The position numbers and the translations under genes were made by a program. The notes under the pieces are model-generated. The model made no database searches, was not told the origin of the DNA, and was given only the letters and a program-made list of their open reading frames with translations. Shown piece after piece: positions 27,053 through 35,236 of a DNA stretch of 64,000 nucleotides. Origin of the DNA: Thermoplasmata archaeon (GTDB lineage: Archaea; Thermoplasmatota; E2; JACPAO01; JAHFTW01). Location of the stretch: assembly GCA_034667725.1 (NCBI GenBank), contig JAXDQS010000003.1, forward strand, positions 256,001 to 320,000, given 5' to 3'. Each line of letters begins with the position of its first letter. Positions within the stretch are counted from its first letter, which is position 1.

Positions 27053-28474
27053 TCAGGGCTTCGAGCGCTTGGCCTTCCTGCGCTCCGGCGCCCGCAACGC
27101 CTCGGCGATGAACGACGCCGCGTGCGCGAACGCGCGCAGGCCGGCGACCGAGGACATGGATTGGACTTCGCGGCGCATGGCGCGCACCATCTCGGACACG
27201 TGCCGGACTTCGGGTTCGGCCATGCGGGCGACGATGGGCAGCGACGCCAGGGCGGCCGCCGCGGAGGCGAAGGCCAGGAAATGGAAGCCGCGCAGGCCCC
27301 AGGCGGCGTCGCCCCACAAGGGGATTTGCACGAGGACGCCGGTGCCGATCTCGCGCCACACGAAGGCGGCCGTGAGGGTGGTGACGCCGGCGACGGCGGC
27401 GCGGGTGATGCCGAAGGCGGCCAGGTGGGCGGGCGCGGCGCCGGGGGGCGCGGTCTTCAGCAGCAGGTTGCTGGTGGTCAGCTCCAGTCCGGCGACGGCG
27501 GCGCCGGTGGCGACGTGCAGCAGGAGCAGGTGGACGTAGAGGCCGGGGCCTTGGGGCCATTCGATGCCCCAGCCCACCATGGTGAGCGCGAGCAGCACGG
27601 TGGAGAGCTGCATGACGGGGCGGTTGCCGTAGTGGTCGGAGAAGCGGCCCCAGGCGCGCAGCACGAGGATGTAGGCGAGCAGGTTGGCGAGCGTGAGGAC
27701 GGTGACGGCGAGGAACGAGAACCCGAGGCTGCGCAGCAGGTACACGGCGGTGAAGGGCAGCGCGGTGCTGACGGCGACGGCGAGGAGGCCGAGGGCGAGG
27801 ACGATGCGCGGGTTGCCGGGGGCGCGCAGGTTGCGCAGGATGGCGCGGGTGGCGCCTTGGACTTGCGCGGGCTGGAGCGCGGGCGGGGTGCCCTTCGGGG
27901 TGCGGGCGAGGATGGCGATGCTGACGAAGCCGGCGCCGGCGGCGGCCCAGTAGAGCAGCGCGTAGGCTTGGGTGGCGGGGCCGACGGCGCTCCAGGCGTC
28001 GAGGAACCAGGCTCCGGCAAGCAGCGCGGCGGCGCCGACGGCGGTGGTGGCCTGCATCCGGGCGGCGAAGAACCGGCCGAGGCGGCGGGGCTCCAGCAGG
28101 TCGCGCATCCAGGTGTTCCAGGCGGCGGTGGCGACCACGGTGAACACGGCGGCGACGGCGAGCAGCACGATGAGGATGGTCGGCGTGACCTTGCCGAGCA
28201 GGATGACGCCGGCCAGGACGGCGAGGAGGGCGCGGCTGGCGGCGCAGAAGGCGACGACGATGCCGCGGCGGCTCTGGAAGCGGGCCATGAGGTGGACGGC
28301 GGGCAGCTGCGCGACCTGGGCCAAGAACGGCAGGGCGGCCAGGATGCCGATCTCGAAGTTGTCGGCGCCGGCCAGGAGGGCGAGGCCGGCGAGGAAGACG
28401 CCGCCGGTCCAGGCGTCCATGAGGCGGCTGAAGGCGCCGTCGAGCATGACGAGCCGCTCGGCCTGCGACCGCAC
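27053..28474 (-). CDS. MFS transporter
   Basis: About 12 TM helices; WGRFSDHYGNRP loop motif. Confidence 0.88.
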   Translation of the reverse strand: MRSQAERLVMLDGAFSRLMDAWTGGVFLAGLALLAGADNFEIGILAALPFLAQVAQLPAVHLMARFQSRRGIVVAFCAASRALLAVLAGVILLGKVTPTILIVLLAVAAVFTVVATAAWNTWMRDLLEPRRLGRFFAARMQATTAVGAAALLAGAWFLDAWSAVGPATQAYALLYWAAAGAGFVSIAILARTPKGTPPALQPAQVQGATRAILRNLRAPGNPRIVLALGLLAVAVSTALPFTAVYLLRSLGFSFLAVTVLTLANLLAYILVLRAWGRFSDHYGNRPVMQLSTVLLALTMVGWGIEWPQGPGLYVHLLLLHVATGAAVAGLELTTSNLLLKTAPPGAAPAHLAAFGITRAAVAGVTTLTAAFVWREIGTGVLVQIPLWGDAAWGLRGFHFLAFASAAAALASLPIVARMAEPEVRHVSEMVRAMRREVQSMSSVAGLRAFAHAASFIAEALRAPERRKAKRSKP

Positions 28475-28560
28475 GCTCCCGCAAGGGCGCGGGGGTCTTC
28501 AGGGTGGGGGCCGAGGTGCCGCGGCCAAAGGCCTTGAAGGCGTGGGGCCGATTGGAGGCC

Positions 28561-28716
28561 ATGGCCGACAAGGGAATCCTGGACGCATGGTGCCCGGAGT
28601 GCGTCGAGGTCCGCAAGCACAAGCTGCTGGACCCGGGCTCCTGCCAATGCACGGTGTGCGGCCACGTCGAGCAGATGACCCGGCCGCTCAAGCCCGGCGA
28701 GGAAGTCCAGGCGTAG
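28561..28716 (+). CDS. Small (51 aa) zinc-ribbon protein
   Basis: CPEC...CTVCGH; TTGAA box 27 nt upstream of the ATG. Confidence 0.75.
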   Translation: MADKGILDAWCPECVEVRKHKLLDPGSCQCTVCGHVEQMTRPLKPGEEVQA

Positions 28717-29167
28717 CGGGCCGCGCCCGCTCGGCGGCGCGCTGCACGCGGCGGCTGAGGGCGGCCACGTCGAACGGCTTGTGGACGACGTGGACGCCGA
28801 CGGCGCCAGCCTCGTCGGCAAGCGCGCGGTCGCCGAACGCGGTCACGAGGAACGCGGCGCGGCAGCGGCCGCGGGCGCGCAGGTCGTGGGCGAGCGCGAG
28901 GCCGTCCATGTCGGGCAGGCGGTAGTCGGTCACGAGCACGTCGAAGCGGCCCTCGTGGGCCAGCCGCAGTGCGCCGGCGCCGCTGTCGGCGGCGCGCACC
29001 TGGAATCCGGGCAGCATCGCCGTGAACGCGTCCACCAGCGCATCGCGGATGTCCTCGTCGTCGTCCACCACGAGGACGCGGCCGGCGTGCGTGGCCGCCG
29101 TGGCCTCGGCCTGCGGCTCCGGATGCACCAGCTCGGCGACCCCGAACGGCTCCAGCGGCTCGGTCAT
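28688..29167 (-). CDS. Single-domain response regulator
   Basis: VLVVDDD, TDYRLPDMDG, VTAF and KPFD motifs. Confidence 0.9.
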   Translation of the reverse strand: MTEPLEPFGVAELVHPEPQAEATAATHAGRVLVVDDDEDIRDALVDAFTAMLPGFQVRAADSGAGALRLAHEGRFDVLVTDYRLPDMDGLALAHDLRARGRCRAAFLVTAFGDRALADEAGAVGVHVVHKPFDVAALSRRVQRAAERARPATPGLPRRA

Positions 29168-30531
29168 TGCGCCGCCTCCGGGGGCGGGCTGTTGGGCAGG
29201 CGCACGGTGAAGGTCGCGCCTTGGTCGGGGCCGGGGCTGTCGACGGCGACGGCGCCGCCGTGCTCGCCGATGATGCCGTGCGTGATGTAGAGCCCGAGGC
29301 CGCTGCCGCCGTTGCTGGCCTCTTGGCCGTGCACCTGCGTGAACGGCTGGAACAGGCGGTCGCGTTGCGCCGTCGTGAGGCCGCGGCCGGTGTCGGACAC
29401 TTGCAGGATGGTCTCGTTGGGGGCCTGGTCGAGGCGGACCCGGACGATGCCGCCGGCGGGCGTGAACTTCAGGGCGTTCGAGATCAAGTTGGTCACCACT
29501 TGGAGGAGGCGGTCGGAGTCGCCGTGGAGCCATGTCGGGCCGGCGCATTCGACCAGGAGCCGGATGCCTTTGCTGCGCGCCTGGGCGTCGTGCCGCTCGA
29601 TGGCCTCCGCCAGGACCTCGGCGAGGTCGACGGGCTCGCGCCGTGTCCGCAGCTGCACCGCCTGCACGCGGGCCGCGTCGAGCACGTCCTCGACCAGCTT
29701 CTGCAGCCGCGCCATGCCCTTGCGGGCCGCGCGCACGGCCTTGAGCTGCCCCGGCGGCGCGTCCGCGCCCAACAGCGCCTCCAGGAGGTCGAGGTGGATG
29801 ACGATCGGCGTCATGGGGGTCTTGAGCTCGTGCGCGGCGACGTTGATGAAGCGCGCGCGGAACTCGTCCATGAGCCGCAGCCGCTCGGCCTCGGAGGCCT
29901 CGCCGGCGCGGCGCCGGTGCTCGGTCACGTCGCGCACGGTCCCCACGACGCGGACGGCGGCGCCTTCGGCGTCGCGCACCACGCGCCGCTGCGACTGCAG
30001 GCTGCGCACCTCGCCGTCGCTGCGCCGGATGCGGTAGTCCACCGCGCTCTCGTCGGGGCCGCCGGGCGCCATGGCGGAGCGCAGGCGGGCCCGGTCCTCC
30101 GGCAGCACGGCGGAGGCCAACTGGGCGTCGGCGGGCCGGGGCTGGTCCGGGTCGTAGCCGTAGATGCGCAGCATCTCGCGGCTGAGCTCGGTGCGCCCGG
30201 AGGCCGCCGAGTACTCCCAGCTCCCGGTGCCGCTGACCGCCTGCGCCTCCTCCAGCGGCACCGTGCCGGCCGGCAGCACGGCCAAGACGTGGCCGCCGCC
30301 CGCCGCCGGCGTCGCGGCGGCCTCCAGCGCCACCGAGGCGCCGCCCGGCAGGCGCAGCCGGCCCTGCCAGCGCGGGCCGCTGGGCGGCGGGTCGAGGCGG
30401 CCGCCGTCCGGCCGGCGCCCGACCATCCGGGCCAGGGCGGCGTTGCCGGACTGGACGACGTGGTCGGCGTCGGTGCGAAGGACAGGCAGGGGAAGCGCCT
30501 CGAGGATGCGCGCGGCGTCCAAGGGGTCCAC
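29164..30531 (-). CDS. PAS-domain sensor histidine kinase
   Basis: AHELKTP, NLISNALKF, DTGRG and GSGLGL motifs; N-terminal PAS/PAC. Confidence 0.92.
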   Translation of the reverse strand: MDPLDAARILEALPLPVLRTDADHVVQSGNAALARMVGRRPDGGRLDPPPSGPRWQGRLRLPGGASVALEAAATPAAGGGHVLAVLPAGTVPLEEAQAVSGTGSWEYSAASGRTELSREMLRIYGYDPDQPRPADAQLASAVLPEDRARLRSAMAPGGPDESAVDYRIRRSDGEVRSLQSQRRVVRDAEGAAVRVVGTVRDVTEHRRRAGEASEAERLRLMDEFRARFINVAAHELKTPMTPIVIHLDLLEALLGADAPPGQLKAVRAARKGMARLQKLVEDVLDAARVQAVQLRTRREPVDLAEVLAEAIERHDAQARSKGIRLLVECAGPTWLHGDSDRLLQVVTNLISNALKFTPAGGIVRVRLDQAPNETILQVSDTGRGLTTAQRDRLFQPFTQVHGQEASNGGSGLGLYITHGIIGEHGGAVAVDSPGPDQGATFTVRLPNSPPPEAAQ

Positions 30532-30662
30532 GGCCCTGCCACAACGATGGACCCATCGTGATGATTATGCGGGGTTTCGGCGTTGACGAAACGGCCCGAG
30601 GGATTCTTGGGCTGGAGGGGGGCCGCGCCACGGTTATGAGGCGCCCCCGTGTCGCCGGCCCG

Positions 30663-31715
30663 ATGCATCTGCGGACGGCGCTCTACGACACCCACGCGGC
30701 GGCAGGCGCCACCTTCGTCGAGTTCGCCGGCCACGACATGCCGGTCCACTACGGCAGCATCAAGGAAGAGCACGCCGCCGTCCGCGCCAGCGCCGGCCTG
30801 TTCGACGTCTCGCACATGAGCAACCTCTGGGTGTCCGGGCCCACCGCCGCCAAGGCGCTCGCCCGCACCACGCCCACCGACCCTGAATCGGTTCCGGTCG
30901 GGAAGGGCAAGTACACCGTCTTCCTGCGCGACGACGGCACCATCCTCGACGACGCGTTCTACTTCCGCGCCGAGCCCGACCGCTACTTCGTGGTCCCCAA
31001 CGCGGGCCGCAACGTCGCCGTGCTGGAGCACCTGTCGGCCAACGGCGCCAAGGACGTCGAGGACGTCACCCGCGCCTGGAGCATCCTCGCCCTGCAAGGG
31101 CCCAAGGCCAAGGAGGTCCTCGCCGCCGCCTCCGCATCGGCGCCCCCCAAGTTCCACCACCTCGCCACCATGGAGGTCGCGGGCGTCCAGGTCCTCGCCT
31201 CCGGCACCGGCTACACCGGCGAGAAGGGCTGCGAGCTCTACGTCCCGTTCGCGGACACCAAGAAAGTGTGGGACCACCTCATGCACGCCGGCAAGCCCCA
31301 GGGCCTGCGCCCCATCGGCCTCGGCGCCCGCGACACGCTGCGGCTGGAGAAGGGCTACTGCCTCGCAGGCAACGAGTTCGCCGGCGGCCGCACCCCCATC
31401 GAGGCCGGCCTGGAGTGGACCATGGGCTGGGACGGCGACTTTCTCGGCAAGTCCCGCCTGCTGCGCCAGAAGGAGCAGGGCGACCACCTCCGCCTGGTCG
31501 GCCTCACCCAGGAAAAGGGCATCCCGCGCCACGGCTACGGGATTCTGAAGGAAGGCCAGAGCATCGGCACCGTCACGAGCGGCACCCTCAGCCCCACGCT
31601 GGGCGTCGGGATCGCGCTGGGCTACGTCAAGGGCGTCGAGGTCGGCGACGAAGTGGCCGTCGACGTGCGCGGCAAGGCGATGCAGGCGATAGTCGTGAAG
31701 ACGCCGTTTTTGTAG
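30663..31715 (+). CDS. gcvT: Glycine cleavage system aminomethyltransferase T
   Basis: EHAAVRASAGLFDVSHM, TGYTGE and GLGARDTLRLEKG motifs. Confidence 0.96.
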   Translation: MHLRTALYDTHAAAGATFVEFAGHDMPVHYGSIKEEHAAVRASAGLFDVSHMSNLWVSGPTAAKALARTTPTDPESVPVGKGKYTVFLRDDGTILDDAFYFRAEPDRYFVVPNAGRNVAVLEHLSANGAKDVEDVTRAWSILALQGPKAKEVLAAASASAPPKFHHLATMEVAGVQVLASGTGYTGEKGCELYVPFADTKKVWDHLMHAGKPQGLRPIGLGARDTLRLEKGYCLAGNEFAGGRTPIEAGLEWTMGWDGDFLGKSRLLRQKEQGDHLRLVGLTQEKGIPRHGYGILKEGQSIGTVTSGTLSPTLGVGIALGYVKGVEVGDEVAVDVRGKAMQAIVVKTPFL

Positions 31716-31730
31716 AATTTACCTGAAAAA

Positions 31731-32696
31731 TTAGCGGTTTAACTTGGCCAACGTGGTGCGTCCTTCTGCTGCATTTTCCAGGCTTTGGCGCAACCTACCT
31801 AAACCTAGGCATTCCCTCAGCATATCGCAATAAATATGTGCAACCCATTGATTGAATGGGAAATCAAGTTGAGGCGTAAAACCATTATGAATAATTTTAC
31901 TTCGCAGCCCAAGCAGTCGGCCCAACGGAATAACCTCTTCCAACCGGTCAAGCGGCAAATCCAAGGCGGCTGCAATTATCTTTTTATGTACAGCGATATT
32001 GCTCTGGTCGCTACCCACTAAAGTTTCAATCGCAATCCAATGATAAAGGAAAGAATCAAGGCCTTCTTCCGCTAACCCTCGCATATGCCAGTGCAAAGAG
32101 AGCCTTGCGCCGAAGAGCCCATCGCCCATCTTATTAAAACAGGAATCGGCATTCGTGATTTCTGAATTCATTAAACTTTTGCCACCCACCGAAACAGGTG
32201 GCATTGAACCAATCACTGATCGCGTTCCTCGGGCCGGGTCATATACATTCTCAAAAATTTGGAACTGGACTAGATATGGTCCAACCATTACGGCAACGAG
32301 TCCAGCCAATTGATCAGCAATTCTCTTGGCCTTTTGGGCTCCAAATTCAAATTCCGTTTCATTGTGGGGACAAATGATGAGCAAGTTTGGCCCCGCCAAT
32401 GTCGCATCTTGACTTGGAAGCGGCATTCCTACGTAATTTGCACCAGTTGAAGAGGGGGTGGCAAAAATCATACCGAACGGGCCCGCTGTTGTAATGCCCG
32501 GTGGTGCGTTCGGAATGTAAATGACGGGTTCGTTGCTTCGAACAATCCAACCGTCCTCCAGTTTGACAATCAATTGATTCTGATTTGAGTCTGGATTGGT
32601 CATCAGTTTGTACCCACGGACCCATACTTCTCGAGTCCCTGGGCGAGCCACTGCAAATTCTTCTATGAGCGCCTTTAGCCAAGGACTCCCAGGCAT
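31731..32696 (-). CDS. Low-GC protein with C-terminal HEPN-like domain
   Basis: FLYHWIAIETL followed by RSKIIH (Rx4H); GC far below the flanks; TTAAAA box 28 nt upstream of the ATG. Confidence 0.7.
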   Translation of the reverse strand: MPGSPWLKALIEEFAVARPGTREVWVRGYKLMTNPDSNQNQLIVKLEDGWIVRSNEPVIYIPNAPPGITTAGPFGMIFATPSSTGANYVGMPLPSQDATLAGPNLLIICPHNETEFEFGAQKAKRIADQLAGLVAVMVGPYLVQFQIFENVYDPARGTRSVIGSMPPVSVGGKSLMNSEITNADSCFNKMGDGLFGARLSLHWHMRGLAEEGLDSFLYHWIAIETLVGSDQSNIAVHKKIIAAALDLPLDRLEEVIPLGRLLGLRSKIIHNGFTPQLDFPFNQWVAHIYCDMLRECLGLGRLRQSLENAAEGRTTLAKLNR

Positions 32697-32762
32697 TGGC
32701 CAACAAGATGTGGTTGCATTTTAAGGATAATGTAGGGACGCGCGTTTTCGCAGGGCCAGAGA

Positions 32763-33704
32763 CTACCTCAATCCCACCGCGAACTCTCCCACCAGCTGCG
32801 CCGCCGTCCGCGCCGTCATCCCTCCAACGTCCAGGTTGGGGGCGACCTCCACCAGGTCCATGCCGCGCACCCGCGGATCCGCCGCCACCGTGCGCACCAA
32901 CGTCGCCGCCTCGTCGAACGTCAAGCCGCCCGGCCCCGGCGCGCTGCATCCGGGCGCGATGGCCTGGTCGAGCCCGTCGATGTCCACGCTCAGCCACAAG
33001 TGCTCCGTGCCCTTGCCCGCTTCCTTGAGCGCCTGCCTTGCCACCCGTGCCATGCCGCGGCGCCGCACCTCGCCCACGGTGTGGACCTGGATGCCTTTGC
33101 TTGCGGCATAATCCGCCAGCACCTTGGTGTTGGCGAGCGGCCGGATGCCCACTTCGGCGAGGTTGGGCCCGCGCACCCGGCCGTCCAGCTCCTCCAGCAC
33201 GCGCCGGTACGGCGTCCCGCTCGTCGGCTGGCCTTCCCACGGCCGCACGTCGTAGTGCGCGTCCAGCACGACCAGGCCGATGGGCCCTGACGTCTCGGCC
33301 GAAAGCGCGTCGAGCACCGGGAAGCTGAGGGAGTTGTCGCCGCCCAGCACGACCAGCGGCTTGCGGTGGGCGAACGCCGGCCGCAGCGCGCGCTTCGCGG
33401 CGGCGTGCGCGGCCAGCACGTCCTCCTCCGGCAGCCCGGCGACGTCGCCGAGGTCGTGCAGCCGCAGGCTGGCGAGGTCGACGCGGGCGTCCGGGTCCCA
33501 GGTGGCAACATAGCGCAGCGCCTCGCGGATGGCGGTCGGGCCGCCGCGGGCGCCCTTGCGGCCGATGACTGCTTCGTCGAACGGGATGCCGCACAGCAGC
33601 ACGTCGGCGGCGGCGGGCGCGTCCACGAACAGGTCGAGGAGGCGCGGGTCCGGCGCGCCGTCGCGGCGCGGCGGCAGGCGGGCGGGGCTGGGCGCGAAGG
33701 CCAT
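32763..33704 (-). CDS. hutG: Formimidoylglutamase (arginase family)
   Basis: GARGGP, LGGDNS, DAHYD, SGTPY and SVDIDGLD motifs; divergent from hutI; alternative start 33725. Confidence 0.85.
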   Translation of the reverse strand: MAFAPSPARLPPRRDGAPDPRLLDLFVDAPAAADVLLCGIPFDEAVIGRKGARGGPTAIREALRYVATWDPDARVDLASLRLHDLGDVAGLPEEDVLAAHAAAKRALRPAFAHRKPLVVLGGDNSLSFPVLDALSAETSGPIGLVVLDAHYDVRPWEGQPTSGTPYRRVLEELDGRVRGPNLAEVGIRPLANTKVLADYAASKGIQVHTVGEVRRRGMARVARQALKEAGKGTEHLWLSVDIDGLDQAIAPGCSAPGPGGLTFDEAATLVRTVAADPRVRGMDLVEVAPNLDVGGMTARTAAQLVGEFAVGLR

Positions 33705-33728
33705 CGGGTCCGTGACCGCCGCCATCGC

Positions 33729-33735
33729 CTTGAAA
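33729..33735. promoter_or_regulatory. Putative bidirectional TATA-like element for hutG/hutI
   Basis: CTTGAAA; TTGA is 29 nt before the hutI GTG and TTCA (minus strand) is 30 nt before the hutG ATG. Confidence 0.5.
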
Positions 33736-33758
33736 CCCCACCTCCGCTTGCCTGCCGC

Positions 33759-35021
33759 GTGCCCCCCGGCGACGCCGACAAGGCCGACCTCTTAATCCGC
33801 AACGCCACCGTGGCGACGATGGAGGGCCCGCGCAAGCCGCGCGACGGCTTCGAGGCGTCCGACTGCGCGCTGGAGGCGGGCTGGGCGGTCGCCGTCAAGG
33901 ACGGCCGCATCCTGTGGGTCGGGCCGGAGCCGGACTGGCGCGGCAAGACCGCCCGCGCCCTCGATGCGCGCCGCAAGCTGGTGACGCCGGGCTACGTGGA
34001 CAGCCATACGCACTTGGTGTACGCCGGCGACCGGGTCAACGAGCTGAAGATGAAGCTCGCGGGCAAGTCGTACATGGAGATCCTGGCGGCCGGCGGCGGC
34101 ATCATGCAGACCGTGCGGGCGACCCGCGAGGCAACCGAGAACGAGCTGGAGGAGCAGGCCACGGGACGGCTGCGCCGGATGCTGGAGCTGGGCACGACGA
34201 CGGTGGAGGGCAAGTCGGGCTACGGCCTGGAGACCAAGACCGAGCTCAAGCAGCTCGCGGTCGCGCCGCGCCTGCGCAAGCGGACGGGGATGGCGGTGGT
34301 CTCCACGTTCCTCGGCGCCCACGCCGTGCCGGAGGAGTTCAAGGGCCGCACCGACGCCTACGTGGACCTGGTGGTGGACGAGATGCTGCCCGCCGTGGGC
34401 GCGCAGGACATCGCGCGCTACTGCGACGTCTTCGTCGAGGAGGGCGTCTTCACCTTCGAGCAGGGCGAGCGCATCCTCATGGCGGCGAAGAAGCTCGGCT
34501 TCGAGACGCGGCTGCACGCGGACGAGATCGTCAACACCAAGGGCGCGGAGCTGGCGGCCAAGGTCGGCTGCGTGTCGGCGGACCACCTGCTGAACGTCTC
34601 GGACGCGGGCGTCCAGGCGATGGCCGACGCGGGCACCATCGCGACCCTGCTGCCCACCGTGCCGCTCACCATGATGAAGCCGCGCTGGGCCCCCGCCGCC
34701 AAGCTCCTGGACGCCTTGGTGCCGGTCGTCGTGGCCACCGACCACAACCCGAACAACCCGGTGCTGGACCTGGGCTTCGCGGCGCAGCTGGCCTGCTACT
34801 CCCTCGGCCTCAACGCGCCCCAGGCCCTCACCGCCGTCACCTGGAACGCCGCCTGCGCCTTGGGCGTGGAGGACAAGGTCGGCAGCATCGAGGCCGGCAA
34901 GGTGGCCAACCTGCTGGTGCACGACGCCCCCACCATCCACCACTGGGCCGCCGGGCTGGGCCACTCCAGCGTCGCGCACGTCATCCTCAACGGCAAGCTG
35001 GTCCCGCCCCGCGCCGCCTGA
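33759..35021 (+). CDS. hutI: Imidazolonepropionase
   Basis: PGYVDSHTH, GGGI..TV.ATR, EGKSGYGL, LHADE, SADHL and ATDHNP motifs. Confidence 0.95.
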   Translation: MPPGDADKADLLIRNATVATMEGPRKPRDGFEASDCALEAGWAVAVKDGRILWVGPEPDWRGKTARALDARRKLVTPGYVDSHTHLVYAGDRVNELKMKLAGKSYMEILAAGGGIMQTVRATREATENELEEQATGRLRRMLELGTTTVEGKSGYGLETKTELKQLAVAPRLRKRTGMAVVSTFLGAHAVPEEFKGRTDAYVDLVVDEMLPAVGAQDIARYCDVFVEEGVFTFEQGERILMAAKKLGFETRLHADEIVNTKGAELAAKVGCVSADHLLNVSDAGVQAMADAGTIATLLPTVPLTMMKPRWAPAAKLLDALVPVVVATDHNPNNPVLDLGFAAQLACYSLGLNAPQALTAVTWNAACALGVEDKVGSIEAGKVANLLVHDAPTIHHWAAGLGHSSVAHVILNGKLVPPRAA

Positions 35022-35025
35022 AGAT

Positions 35026-35213
35026 GCAGGCAACTGCCTGCCTGCCGGCTCGTTGGTTGCGCATCCAGGTTCCACCTGCAACCAACCCCCTAGCCTCTCC
35101 TGGAGGCCCCGGGTTCGTCAGGAGGGAAACGGTCCATGGGCCGGTTCAGCGAAACCTGAACCCGTTCGATTCCTGACGCGAAATCCACCAGGAAAACAAC
35201 GGAAACCGGGGCC
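35026..35213 (+). ncRNA. Candidate structured leader / nested inverted-repeat element upstream of the giant gene
   Basis: At least six complementary pairs: GCAGGC/GCCTGC, GTTGGTTG..CAGGT/ACCTGCAACCAAC, GCCTC/GAGGC, GGCCCCGG/CCGGGGCC, CGTCAGGA/TCCTGACG, GGTTCAG/CTGAACC. Confidence 0.45.
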
Positions 35214-35236
35214 ACGATCAGCCAAAAAGACCAAGA

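Noticed and set aside
26864-27060. Integrated element at tRNA-Arg; hairpins in the tRNA upstream region
   Set aside because: No duplicated tRNA 3' end or integrase; the GGGACGCA/TGCGTCCC stem overlaps the likely promoter and short GC stems are common by chance
35161-35178. tRNA or tRNA fragment (GTTCGATTC) as an att site
   Set aside because: Flanks do not form a T-stem or cloverleaf and do not match the 3' end of the tRNA-Arg; no integrase
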